The notes under the pieces: model-generated
Database searches by the model: none
Told to the model about the DNA's origin: nothing
Seen by the model: the letters and a program-made list of their open reading frames with translations, nothing else
Shown: piece after piece, positions 1 through 9,131 of the stretch
Layout of the letters: the number at the start of each line of letters is the position of its first letter
How positions within the stretch are numbered: position 1 is the stretch's first letter
Position numbers and translations under genes: made by a program
Assembly (NCBI GenBank): GCA_964405465.1
Contig: CAYONZ010000015.1
Span: 3,721 to 67,720, forward strand
Direction of reading: 5' to 3'
DNA length: 64,000 bases
Source of the DNA: an uncultured Bdellovibrionales bacterium
Lineage (GTDB): Bacteria > Bdellovibrionota > Bdellovibrionia > Bdellovibrionales > JAMPXM01

Positions 1-47
1 ACTTTGGCTTAAATTGGTTCGGATCTCACTCCACCAAATCGCTTCGA

Positions 48-695
48 TTACTTAATCGAAGCGATTTTTCCAGTGGCAATTCGCAATTCAATCTGTCCAA
101 GCGAGAGAAATACAGAAGAACTTGAGCCGCGGTCCAAAATAATGCCGCTGTTGTCTGAAGCAACAGAAACCCCAGTGACAGTTGTATAGGCCCCACCTTT
201 TGAATCGGCCAACTCATAAAGTTTTCCATCGAGTCCGACCATTACAACATGGCCAGTTTCGGTCGGAACAAAGTATCTACCTTTAAACACCTTGCCGTCT
301 TTGTCGAGATCCACTTTCAAAACTGCTGAATTGGCCGGGCAAACACGAGCCAAATGATAACCACGAAGCGATCTGTCTCTAACTTTGGCGATCTTTACTG
401 CAGACTTTCCAACACTCACCGTGATCAACTGATCTGAGCTTTGGCCTGCTGTAAGCAAACTGTTTGAAGTAAACACCAAGGTGCGTACACCAGGCGCAAT
501 CGCTTGTTTGCAATCTTTTAGATCACTAGTTTTAAGCTCGAGGTAATCATTTGAATTACCCAGCGCGAGTACATCGCATGCTGCCATCTGGCGCTCGAGG
601 CACGAATTGATTCTCGCTGAAACTTCAGATGCATGTGCCGCACCTGTTGCGAACACCATCAAGAACGAAAGAACTGCCAATTTCGACTTCGACAT
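48..695 (-). CDS. hypothetical secreted protein
   Basis: 215-aa ORF with a signal-peptide-like N-terminus (MSKSKLAVLSFLMVFATGAAHA/SE). No family recognised. Confidence 0.5.
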   Translation of the reverse strand: MSKSKLAVLSFLMVFATGAAHASEVSARINSCLERQMAACDVLALGNSNDYLELKTSDLKDCKQAIAPGVRTLVFTSNSLLTAGQSSDQLITVSVGKSAVKIAKVRDRSLRGYHLARVCPANSAVLKVDLDKDGKVFKGRYFVPTETGHVVMVGLDGKLYELADSKGGAYTTVTGVSVASDNSGIILDRGSSSSVFLSLGQIELRIATGKIASIK

Positions 696-807
696 AATTA
701 CTCCTAACCGGCTCCTAAAAAATAGAAGCTTTTGATTATTGCGTTAAAAACCAAAAGGACGCCCCAACTAACTAAAACAGTTCTTGTTTAGACGCAACCC
801 TAAGGCC

Positions 808-878
808 CTCCGTCCCCCTCGGTTAGCAAGATTTTCTCTATGTAGACTCCGATTTAAAGAGTGTTTGAGGGGACGGAG
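808..878. repeat. inverted doublet of the GGGGACGGAG word (CTCCGTCCCC at 808-817, GGGGACGGAG at 869-878, 51-nt spacer)
   Basis: Both 10-mers read directly. Intergenic, between the divergent hypothetical gene and flagellin 1. Confidence 0.9.
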
Positions 879-1015
879 CCGACAAAAGTTGCACCAACTT
901 CAGGTCCCATCGCGAATCATTACGACACATCTTCATGTTCAAATCTGATAAAATCGATATGATTGAGATTTTACAGTTCCTTTGTCCAGAACTTGATCAA
1001 AATGAGAAAAAGTTC

Positions 1016-1042
1016 TCAAGCTTCAGAATGAGACGCCGATCA
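1016..1042 (+). promoter_or_regulatory. candidate sigma-28 (FliA) promoter of flagellin 1
   Basis: TCAA-N15-GCCGATCA compared with the consensus TAAA-N15-GCCGATAA, about 90 nt upstream of the ATG. Confidence 0.35.
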
Positions 1043-1083
1043 GTTAGGCATGAAGTAAGCCCATCGAGCTTTAACCGGCTCAC

Positions 1084-1105
1084 GGAACCTCAAGGAATGA
1101 GGTCC
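1084..1105 (+). promoter_or_regulatory. 5' leader hairpin presenting AGGAA in its loop (CsrA-type site candidate)
   Basis: GGAACCTCA / TGAGGTCC stem with one bulge and loop AGGAA. A second GGA lies in the SD AAGGAGGAGG at 1115-1124. Confidence 0.3.
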
Positions 1106-1128
1106 TGTATCTTCAAGGAGGAGGAAAT

Positions 1129-1974
1129 ATGGGTCTGCGTATTAACACGAACACCGCTTCGCTCAATGCCCAAAGAAATTTAATGGGCACGAAGTGGGGT
1201 CTCGATAAGAGTTTGGAACGATTGTCTTCGGGATACCGAATCAATCGCGCAGGGGACGACGCCGCGGGGCTGGCGATCTCAGAAAACCTGCGAGCCCAAA
1301 CAAGGGGTCTAAAACAAGCCTCACGAAACGCACAAGATGGTGTCTCGATGGTGCAGGTTGCGGAAGGTGGACTGAATGAAGTCAGTTCGATTCTCATCCG
1401 ACTACGAGAACTAGCGGTGCAAGCGGCTTCAGATACGATCGGGCCAGTTGAGAGACAATTCCTCAACGTGGAATACGATCAGCTGGTCTCGGAGGTTGAT
1501 AGGATCGCCGACAGCACTGAATTCAACGGCACACCACTCTTGAGTGGAACGGGATCGATTCTCGACTTTCAAGTCGGTACACGAAACGATCCGAATATTG
1601 ACCGTCTCTCATTTGACGCTTCGAAAGCAGATGCCAACACGGCGGCATTAGGTGTGAACCTAACGAGTGTTGCAGACAAAGCTTCGGCGCAAAATAGTTT
1701 GTCAGCGATTGACCAAGCGATTGTGAGCGTTTCTGCGATGCGAGCCGATTTCGGTGCGATTCAGAACCGTCTACAATCAACCATCGGAAACCTAGCTGTA
1801 TCGGTTGAGAACCTCTCTGCCGCAAACAGCCGAATCCGAGATGTGGATGTCGCTGAAGAGACTGCGGAATTGACTAAGAATAATATCTTACTCAGCGCCG
1901 GCACCTCAGTGTTAGCACAGGCGAATTCGTCGGCTAACACAGCATTGCAGCTCTTGAACAAGTCGATGCAGTAA
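1129..1974 (+). CDS. fliC: flagellin
   Basis: N-terminus MGLRINTNTASLNAQRNL and C-terminus LSAANSRIRDVDVAEETAELTKNNILLSAGTSVLAQAN are canonical flagellin D0/D1 segments. Strong SD upstream. Confidence 0.92.
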   Translation: MGLRINTNTASLNAQRNLMGTKWGLDKSLERLSSGYRINRAGDDAAGLAISENLRAQTRGLKQASRNAQDGVSMVQVAEGGLNEVSSILIRLRELAVQAASDTIGPVERQFLNVEYDQLVSEVDRIADSTEFNGTPLLSGTGSILDFQVGTRNDPNIDRLSFDASKADANTAALGVNLTSVADKASAQNSLSAIDQAIVSVSAMRADFGAIQNRLQSTIGNLAVSVENLSAANSRIRDVDVAEETAELTKNNILLSAGTSVLAQANSSANTALQLLNKSMQ

Positions 1975-2510
1975 GGATTGTACGCAATCTTTAACTGAAG
2001 GGTACGATCCTAACCACCCTCAATAGCGCGACTTGCTCAGAGAACTGAGCGCTGAATTGATGCTATTAAAACGCCATGTCTTAGGACTGGTGGATGACCA
2101 ACACTGTTTCCTGCTCGACGGGGTCTGAAAGACGGCTCCGTTATTCTGCAGTTTCGGCGAGTGTCAACTTCGTTTTCCGAACCTACAGAAAGAGGAACCA
2201 AAAACTGAATATGTTTTCACGTTGAACGTAAGGATTCGATCAACCTTTGTATTTTGAAAAGATTGAATTCAGACACTTTGCACCTGCCTTTGGCTAAAAT
2301 TCAACTCGTGAAGAAAATGATGGAGTTCTGATGAGCGCTCCAATGCCCACCAACACAATCACCCGATTCTGTTTTTCGAAAAAATATCCTGCTACACAAA
2401 CTGAATTTTTGATTTTGAACTCTTTCTCCAAATGCCAGGCATCAAGCTGCAGATCATAGATTCATGGTATTCATCTATACTATATTTGATCCATCCATCC
2501 ACCTCAACGA

Positions 2511-2539
2511 CAAATACAAAATAGATTTTTTCCGATAAA
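2511..2539 (+). promoter_or_regulatory. weak candidate sigma-28 promoter of flagellin 2
   Basis: CAAA-N16-TCCGATAA. The -10 matches 7 of 8 positions but the -35 is poor. It would give a leader of about 200 nt. Confidence 0.22.
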
Positions 2540-2751
2540 TTCCCACAAAATTTGTGTAAACAATATTTGTTTTTTACAAAACTCTAGACTCTATTTTTTT
2601 GTTGGTGTTCCGAAAAGAGATTAGGTGGAGAATAAAAAATATTTTGTCGCACAGGCATCCACCCCTGACGACGCAAATCGCGGTGCACGACGCACCCGTA
2701 GCCCAAGGAAGGCAACATTCAAGGAGGATTAGGTTATGCAGGGAGGATAAA

Positions 2752-3585
2752 GTGGCTTTAAGAATTACAACAAACGTGGCGTCACTGAACGCTCAAAAGA
2801 ATCTCGGGGCAACCCAACACTTGATGGAAAGATCGATGGCACGACTCAGTTCGGGTTTTCGAATCAATCAAGCGGCAGACGACGCCGCGGGATTGGCCAT
2901 CAGCGAAAACTTGAAAGCGCAAATTCGCGGACTCCGTCAGGCTTCACGAAACGCCAACGACGGTATCTCACTTGTGCAAGTCGCGGAAGGTGGTCTCAAC
3001 GAGGTCTCGAATATGCTCATTCGTTTACGCGAACTAGCTGTTCAAGCGTCTTCAGATACTATAGGTGATACCGAGAGAAAATTTACCGACGTCGAATATC
3101 AACAGTTGAAGTCGGAAATTCAACGGATCACTGAAGTGACGTCTTTTAACGGACGCGATTTATTGAACGGAACTGGTGGTTTGATTGATGTACAGGTCGG
3201 AACTCATAATGATGCTTTTAAAGACCGTATCTCTTTCAACGCTTCGGCTGCCAATGCAAGCCTTGAAGCACTTGGAATCACAGTCAACACTGTTGCAACA
3301 AAAGAGATGGCGCAACAGAGTATCGATGTGGTCGACAAAGCATTAGTTTCGGTCAATGCCATTCGCGCCAACTTTGGTGCTCTACAAAACAGGCTTCAGT
3401 CGACGACTGCTAACTTAGCTATCAGCGATGAAAACCTGTCAGCAGCCAACAGCCGCGTACGTGATGCAGACGTCGCAGCAGAAACAGCGGAAATGACTCG
3501 AAACAATATCTTGCTTCAAGCTGGAGTATCAGTCTTGGGACAAGCGAATCAGCAGAGTCAAATCGCGCTTAAGCTCTTGGGTTGA
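2752..3585 (+). CDS. fliC: flagellin (tandem paralog)
   Basis: A GTG start after GGGAGGA gives (M)ALRITTNVASLNAQKNL, which aligns with the start of flagellin 1. The track ORF from 2599 is an unsupported N-terminal extension. The C-terminus LSAANSRVRDADVAAETAEMTRNNILLQAG is conserved. Confidence 0.9.
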   Translation: MALRITTNVASLNAQKNLGATQHLMERSMARLSSGFRINQAADDAAGLAISENLKAQIRGLRQASRNANDGISLVQVAEGGLNEVSNMLIRLRELAVQASSDTIGDTERKFTDVEYQQLKSEIQRITEVTSFNGRDLLNGTGGLIDVQVGTHNDAFKDRISFNASAANASLEALGITVNTVATKEMAQQSIDVVDKALVSVNAIRANFGALQNRLQSTTANLAISDENLSAANSRVRDADVAAETAEMTRNNILLQAGVSVLGQANQQSQIALKLLG

Positions 3586-3610
3586 TGGAAATAGCACTAA
3601 GGAGAAACTT

Positions 3611-3691
3611 ATGAAGGCAATGATCATTGAGTGGTCTGGTTCAGTTCTCACAGTTGCTCTCTCGGGAGCAGCGCTGTACCTTTCACTCTAG
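3611..3691 (+). CDS. candidate 26-aa hydrophobic small protein (MKAMIIEWSGSVLTVALSGAALYLSL)
   Basis: ATG preceded by AAGGAGA at 3598-3604. It lies between the flagellin stop and the terminator. Too short for the ORF track. Confidence 0.3.
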   Translation: MKAMIIEWSGSVLTVALSGAALYLSL

Positions 3692-3701
3692 TCTATCAAG
3701 G

Positions 3702-3727
3702 AGGCCCCTTAGGGGGGCCTTTTTTTA
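3702..3727 (+). terminator. rho-independent terminator
   Basis: AGGCCCC-ttagg-GGGGCCT stem-loop followed by TTTTTT. Confidence 0.8.
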
Positions 3728-3864
3728 CTAAACTAAACCTAGCGAGCCACTTCCCACCACATTCTAAGCACTCAACAGGTGAATTCCTGCGCTTCGACTG
3801 CCAGATCTGAGCTTCATCGGCTTTTTTTTCTTGCAGAATCCGCAACTCAATCGTAAAAAAAATT

Positions 3865-4155
3865 ATGAAAAAAGATTATTCACCACTCGGACAACTCCTA
3901 AAAGACGGTCGTGTTGCTGCTGGCCTTACACAAGCTGAAGTTTCAGCAAAGCTTGGCCATGCAACTCCCCAATATCTTTCCAATTGCGAACGTGGACTTT
4001 GCGGCCTGCCATTACAAGCAATTCGCAAGCTCATTGATCTTTACAACTTGGATCAGACTCAAGTTCTTAAAATTTTGATGGATGAACAAGAGCGTATTAT
4101 CAAGGCGCAGTTGTTTAAAAAAGAAGTATCGAGAGTAAAAAAAGCCAAAGCTTAA
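3865..4155 (+). CDS. XRE-family helix-turn-helix transcriptional regulator
   Basis: GLTQAEVSAKLGHATPQYLSNCERG is a typical Cro/C1 HTH. Confidence 0.75.
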   Translation: MKKDYSPLGQLLKDGRVAAGLTQAEVSAKLGHATPQYLSNCERGLCGLPLQAIRKLIDLYNLDQTQVLKILMDEQERIIKAQLFKKEVSRVKKAKA

Positions 4156-4201
4156 ATATAGATTGGGCAAATCTGCTCGATCTCTTTCTCCGGGAGGGTC
4201 C

Positions 4202-4900
4202 ATGCTTTCGACGGCAACCGAAACACAGAGCTTCGACCAGGAACTAGTCGATCTACTTCAAGATGTGGCAAGGCTCGCTAAAGCATATAGAGCCCCAATC
4301 AGAGCCGTTCCTCTCAACTTCAAAGAAACATTAAAGAATCTCTCCCTTGAGCAAGTTGCCGCAATGAAGACCTGTCTTCGCTTTGTACGGGACACAACTC
4401 TGCGCGCTTGCGGACCTGGCGGTGAGCTTCCATCCGAGCAAACGCTTTTAAAGTCGGCTCTAGAAAGCCTTGGTCTGGAACCGATGTCTGATGATCTTTA
4501 TTCTACGCTTGAACATGAAGACATTATCGAGGTTCATGATCTTTCAGGAACACAGATCTATCGAAATTTCGAGGCCTTCAATCTCATTAGCTTCACCCTT
4601 TTTGATTTGATGGCAAACCCTTGGTACACGCTTTATTCACGACCGCAGTTGGCCAGCGAAGCCATTCAGCGCCGAATGCTAGAGCTTATGAGTAGTCCCA
4701 AAGGTGTAGAGGATGCCAAAATTCCAGATCACTTGATCACGGAACTTGAGGTTGAAATGCCCCGGTCCATTTTACTGAGCTTTAAAAAAGTGGCCCCTCT
4801 GCGTAGCAAGGCCACTGGAGAAATCGCTGCATTTTTTTCGACGAAATCAGCTCGCTTGATTGCTCACGGAGAAGAAACGAGCAAGATTGCCTTTATTTAA
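4202..4900 (+). CDS. hypothetical protein
   Basis: ORF with GGGAGGG before the ATG at 4202 (the track ORF starts at 4163). No family recognised. Confidence 0.5.
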   Translation: MLSTATETQSFDQELVDLLQDVARLAKAYRAPIRAVPLNFKETLKNLSLEQVAAMKTCLRFVRDTTLRACGPGGELPSEQTLLKSALESLGLEPMSDDLYSTLEHEDIIEVHDLSGTQIYRNFEAFNLISFTLFDLMANPWYTLYSRPQLASEAIQRRMLELMSSPKGVEDAKIPDHLITELEVEMPRSILLSFKKVAPLRSKATGEIAAFFSTKSARLIAHGEETSKIAFI

Positions 4901-5533
4901 TTCTTCACGAACCGCGGGATCAGCAGCTTGTAATAAGACCTCTCTATACAATACAAGAGACTGATCGAAATTTTTCTTCACAATTTCTTGGGTTTCAGCC
5001 GGGAGTCCTTGTAGAAACTGAAGGGCATGAGGAAAATGGTCTTGATCCACTTCTTCATGAAGAGCAAGAAACTTACAAGCCTTTCCCATTCCGGCGGCAT
5101 TTACCTTTTTTAAAATTTGTTTTGAGTAAAGATAAGTTAACCCCTCAAGCACTGTGATGTATCCAAACATTGCCATTGGATTGACGTGTTGAATTTGAAA
5201 AAATTGGATTTCATAGAAGTTTCTCGTCTGGGGAGCTTCAGGGTATTGGTCAAGTCGAGCCCCCAAGCAATGCAGATCTTGCTTCAAAAGATGCTCATGC
5301 CCCTTTTCTTCTGTCGCATGGTCAATAAAGCGAACTCTAATTTTTTCGAGAGATTTATCGCAGTTTCCAGCAACCAAACAAAGCAGCTGGTGAGTGTGAT
5401 CTACATAATGGTAGGTTTGGGCTAGATAATTAATATAGAACTCTCGATTTTCCCAAGGCAGGCTTAATGCAAACTTTCCGAAATCGGCCAATTGACTCTC
5501 TATATATTCTCTTAAAATCATAGACACCCCCAT
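4847..5533 (-). CDS. heme-oxygenase-like fold diiron oxidase / iron-containing redox enzyme family protein (tentative)
   Basis: All-helical protein with paired carboxylate/His motifs (HATEEKGHEHL and LALHEEVDQDH), as in HO-like diiron enzymes. The start is at 5533 or 5521. Confidence 0.45.
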   Translation of the reverse strand: MGVSMILREYIESQLADFGKFALSLPWENREFYINYLAQTYHYVDHTHQLLCLVAGNCDKSLEKIRVRFIDHATEEKGHEHLLKQDLHCLGARLDQYPEAPQTRNFYEIQFFQIQHVNPMAMFGYITVLEGLTYLYSKQILKKVNAAGMGKACKFLALHEEVDQDHFPHALQFLQGLPAETQEIVKKNFDQSLVLYREVLLQAADPAVREELNKGNLARFFSVSNQAS

Positions 5534-5579
5534 ATTCGTTTTGTGCAATCCGGCCATTAGAAAAATCCAGTTCAATCGC

Positions 5580-6302
5580 TTAGGAAGCTCGGGCAAATAC
5601 CGGACGATCTATATTGACCGCGTATTTTCGCTTTCGCCAAATTTCCATTACAGCCATTCTGGCCTTTGGGTGTTCAATTGGCTTGTGGTTCTCTTTGGTC
5701 AAAACGATCAAATCAATTTCAAGTTTCGAGGGTTCATGAAAAAATGTATGTAGCACTCTTGCGCCCAAATTTTCTGCCATTTTCGTTACACCAAGATTTT
5801 GCCGGGTCGACCCTAACAAAGCCTCCGCATCACTTTCAAGAAATCTTTCACACAAGAGTGCACCAAGCAGATCCTTTACTGAAACTCCCCCAGTCCGCCC
5901 ACGCCAATTCGGATGAACCGTTGTATGGCTCGAAACCAAAAACTTTTTCCCAAACTTTTCTAAAACACCGTGAGCTTCTGGACGCCAGAGTGTCGAAAAA
6001 TAGCCGTCCTCTCGGTTTGCTGGAAGAGAGAAATCGACAAAGTCCATGAGCATGACCGCAACACACTCTGCTCCGTAAAATATGGCAAGAATTTCATCTT
6101 GTCGGAGAAATGAGTCGGACGTTTGTTGATGATTGGGTTTGCGCTCTTGCCAAAATTCTTGCCAGACATTCTTCCACATAGAATAGGCACTATTGTAGTC
6201 GCGAACAAACTCATTTGACGGATTTTTTCCAGGAAGAATCACAACTCTAAATAGCGACATATTCAATCTAAACACCTTAGACTCAGTGGAAATCTCACTC
6301 AT
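5580..6302 (-). CDS. GNAT-fold acyltransferase, N-acyl amino acid synthase / LuxI-like (tentative)
   Basis: Start at MSEIST after GGAGG. Overall resemblance to Acetyltransf_5 / autoinducer-synthase-like proteins. Not a confident family call. Confidence 0.35.
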   Translation of the reverse strand: MSEISTESKVFRLNMSLFRVVILPGKNPSNEFVRDYNSAYSMWKNVWQEFWQERKPNHQQTSDSFLRQDEILAIFYGAECVAVMLMDFVDFSLPANREDGYFSTLWRPEAHGVLEKFGKKFLVSSHTTVHPNWRGRTGGVSVKDLLGALLCERFLESDAEALLGSTRQNLGVTKMAENLGARVLHTFFHEPSKLEIDLIVLTKENHKPIEHPKARMAVMEIWRKRKYAVNIDRPVFARAS

Positions 6303-6633
6303 ATTTTCCTCCGAATGCATACGTCTCCATTTAGCGCACAACACAAACGTTGGCACACCACTATGCAGACAATTGACACATTCTTAACTAAATAGTTTTT
6401 ATTGATACAGCTCACTATCGATTCTGAGTCACTCGATCATAAGATTCAAGAGTCAGTGTTAAAATTCCCAAAATTTCTTCACATATTGACAAGCTTTATT
6501 TATAACTATTTTTTATTTAGACGTAGGTATTTTAAGGACTTAGTAAAATCATATTTTAAAAAAACTGACTAATTTTTGATATCTCATCTAGAGACTTCGA
6601 TAGAGGCATTGTGCCAATTCGACACAATTCGAA

Positions 6634-7389
6634 CTAGAATTTCATAAACTTTATTAAATCCGCCATCGCTTGCGGATTATCCCAAGGAACTCGGTGGCCA
6701 GCTCCAGATACAATTGATAACCGCTGAGTCGCAGGTTTATCTATTTCGGAGAGAACTTTGGTGAACTTTTGATCTCGCTCGCCACATATCCAATGAATTG
6801 GCACTGAAACCGATTGAAGTTCTTTTCGTAGGTCTCTCTGCAAACCAAGCGACCAATTCTTCAGCGCCCAAGACAAGGTCAGCCTATCAAAATCGGCCTC
6901 ATCGCGACGCAAGTGCCTTTCACTTGCTACTGACGAGGCAAGTACCTCTTGCGAATTCCACTCATCAACGATCTCATGCCACTGCGATGAACAAAATTTA
7001 TTTGCCCAATTCGCGTCATTGTCTCGGCGCTGCTTTCGCAGCTGTTCATCCCATTCTGCAAGACCAGGATGTGCTGATATGAAGACTGCTTCAACAAAAC
7101 GCGACGGCGCCATGAGGAGAATATGCATCGCGAGCCGTCCACCCAGAGAGTAACCCACTAGTAATGGTTTGACCGGGTCTTCAACAATCTCAAGTGTCTT
7201 CAAAAAACTTTGTGCAAAAAAATCGAAAGCATTGTCTTCTGAGGAACACTGAAATGAACTGGCATTGGTCTTTATCCATTGCCATAGATCAATCGCTTCG
7301 ACCTGAACATCCTTGCCCCACTCGAGCCGGTTCCAGTCGGAAGGCAATCCCAAAAAACCATGAATGACTACAATGCGACGTTTTTCCAA
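6634..7389 (-). CDS. menH: 2-succinyl-6-hydroxy-2,4-cyclohexadiene-1-carboxylate synthase (alpha/beta hydrolase)
   Basis: HGFLG and GYSLGG nucleophile elbow. Overlaps the menD 3' end by 22 nt. Confidence 0.75.
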   Translation of the reverse strand: MEKRRIVVIHGFLGLPSDWNRLEWGKDVQVEAIDLWQWIKTNASSFQCSSEDNAFDFFAQSFLKTLEIVEDPVKPLLVGYSLGGRLAMHILLMAPSRFVEAVFISAHPGLAEWDEQLRKQRRDNDANWANKFCSSQWHEIVDEWNSQEVLASSVASERHLRRDEADFDRLTLSWALKNWSLGLQRDLRKELQSVSVPIHWICGERDQKFTKVLSEIDKPATQRLSIVSGAGHRVPWDNPQAMADLIKFMKF

Positions 7390-9089
7390 AGGGCCTCAAA
7401 TTGCGAGTTGAAGTTTTTAGATTGTTGCGCGTCTGGGCGAATTTCAACAACACGCCATCCACGATGGCCTCGCCCCTCGATCTCCCCTTGGCGACAGACG
7501 TTTTCCACTGACTGCCAACACTCGTAAGAAAGATTCCACATTTCTGCCCATTTTCGAAAATCTAGCTGATGATTATTTTGAAAAAGCTCACTTCGAAATA
7601 TTCCTTCGAAGATCTTGCCGCCAGCATTATTCATCACCACAATTGTTCCACTATCTGCTTCAAGACATGGCAAGATCCAAGGCGCCTCTAAATTGTAAAG
7701 TGTCGTGAGGTCACCAAACAAACCCCAGTTATGAACCTTGGCGCGAGCTAAACCCAAAAATGTCGAGATCTGGCCATCGATACCATTCACTCCCCGATTT
7801 GCATCGACCACTATACGTTTCACTCGTTGGCCAAAATTATCCCACTGGCGAATGGAGAGGCTGTTGCCAACATACATAATGTCGTCGCACCCAACCAATT
7901 TGGATAAATGGAAAACCATGGAAGCTTCCGAATTAGAATATCGCTGCAGCAAATCTTTCACTTGTTTTTCAATACGCGAGTCAAGCGCCAGAAGATCTGA
8001 ACTGGACGAATCCGTTGGAGCCTCAGCCAGAGACATTCTCAGCGGAATTGCACCTTCCAACATCATCGCCGAAATGGCGCTCAATGGGGTTTGCAAAAAC
8101 CATCCTCGCCCCAAGCCAGCAAACTCAAGATGGTGAATCGAAAGAACTGAAACAGGACAATTGGCATTGTCCAAATCACGCCAAACCCTTACCGTTGGAA
8201 CTCCCCCCAAACGGAGAACCCCATCATAAAGACGCTTATGCAAGCCAAGACTAAGAAGTCGGTCGCCCGATTTTATTGCGAAAGGATTTAGGTCTGGATC
8301 CTCCCGCAGTCCTGACGTACCTTCCAGGTAAACAGGAAGTTTAAGACTCAATAATATTTGTTTACATGCGGCCTGCTCTACAGCAGAGCACAACGTCCCC
8401 ACAATCACCACAGGTGATTTTGAACCGTTGAAAAAATCTTGAAAAGAATCCACTATCGTTTTTGCCGGGATTTTTTTTTGTTTTACAAAATCGACAGCAA
8501 CCGAAAACTCCTCTGCCAGCGAGACTAAGTCTAGAGGTTCAATTGGACCATCAAGCAAGGGTTCATCAAAGCAAATATTGACATGAACTGGGCGAGACGA
8601 TTCCAAGTCGGCCAAACTCAAATTCAACGGCTCATTTTCAAGATCAAAAGCTTGGGCTACATAATGGCTAAAAATTCCAGGCTGCACGATGGACTGAGGA
8701 GCTCCCGTTCCCCGCAAACGTTTCGGCCTGTCTGCCGTCAATAACACCAGTGGAACGCCTGAATAAAATGCCTCGACTGTTGCCGGAAGTAGCTCTGCCA
8801 CCGCAGTGCCACTCGTGGTAATAACGGCCACCGGGCGTTGGGTCGCTCGAGCTCTACCTAATGCAAAAAATCCAGCCGAACGCTCTTCAAAAAATGACCA
8901 GATTTTGAAGCCTTGAGTTTTTTCGAGTTGCATGATCAGCGGAGCATTGCGAGCTCCAGCACAGAAGATCACATCGCGAACGCCAGTCCGATAAAGTTCC
9001 TGCAGTACCTGTCTCGCCAATTCAATATTTGAATTTGGACCGCACCTCAAATCACCCGATGCTAAATTTGGAACTACTTGATTGGTCAT
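7368..9089 (-). CDS. menD: SEPHCHC synthase (ThDP-dependent)
   Basis: Length and sequence are typical of MenD (GVRDVIFCAGARNAPL, TSGTAVAELLPA). It sits between menF and menH. Start taken at MTNQVV. Confidence 0.88.
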   Translation of the reverse strand: MTNQVVPNLASGDLRCGPNSNIELARQVLQELYRTGVRDVIFCAGARNAPLIMQLEKTQGFKIWSFFEERSAGFFALGRARATQRPVAVITTSGTAVAELLPATVEAFYSGVPLVLLTADRPKRLRGTGAPQSIVQPGIFSHYVAQAFDLENEPLNLSLADLESSRPVHVNICFDEPLLDGPIEPLDLVSLAEEFSVAVDFVKQKKIPAKTIVDSFQDFFNGSKSPVVIVGTLCSAVEQAACKQILLSLKLPVYLEGTSGLREDPDLNPFAIKSGDRLLSLGLHKRLYDGVLRLGGVPTVRVWRDLDNANCPVSVLSIHHLEFAGLGRGWFLQTPLSAISAMMLEGAIPLRMSLAEAPTDSSSSDLLALDSRIEKQVKDLLQRYSNSEASMVFHLSKLVGCDDIMYVGNSLSIRQWDNFGQRVKRIVVDANRGVNGIDGQISTFLGLARAKVHNWGLFGDLTTLYNLEAPWILPCLEADSGTIVVMNNAGGKIFEGIFRSELFQNNHQLDFRKWAEMWNLSYECWQSVENVCRQGEIEGRGHRGWRVVEIRPDAQQSKNFNSQFEALWKNVAL

Positions 9090-9131
9090 TCTATTTCGCC
9101 ATCTCACGATCCGTTTCAACTTCAAAAAATA

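Noticed and set aside
935-1183. The 82-aa ORF upstream of and overlapping the flagellin 1 start.
   Set aside because: It overlaps the flagellin SD and start and the candidate sigma-28 promoter, and it has no support.
1113-1961. Antisense and alternate-frame ORFs over flagellin 1 (1113-1466, 1523-1825, 1761-1961), and many similar ones elsewhere (7738-8136, 9738-10229, 33635-34120, 37120-37506, 47755-48042, 55174-55647, 59490-59846).
   Set aside because: They lie fully inside or opposite CDSs with strong family-level support, and they have low-complexity or skewed composition typical of shadow ORFs.
2599-2751. The track ORF start at 2599, which gives a 328-aa flagellin.
   Set aside because: The extra 51 residues have no flagellin similarity. 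A GTG with a GGGAGGA SD at 2752 gives an N-terminus collinear with flagellin 1.
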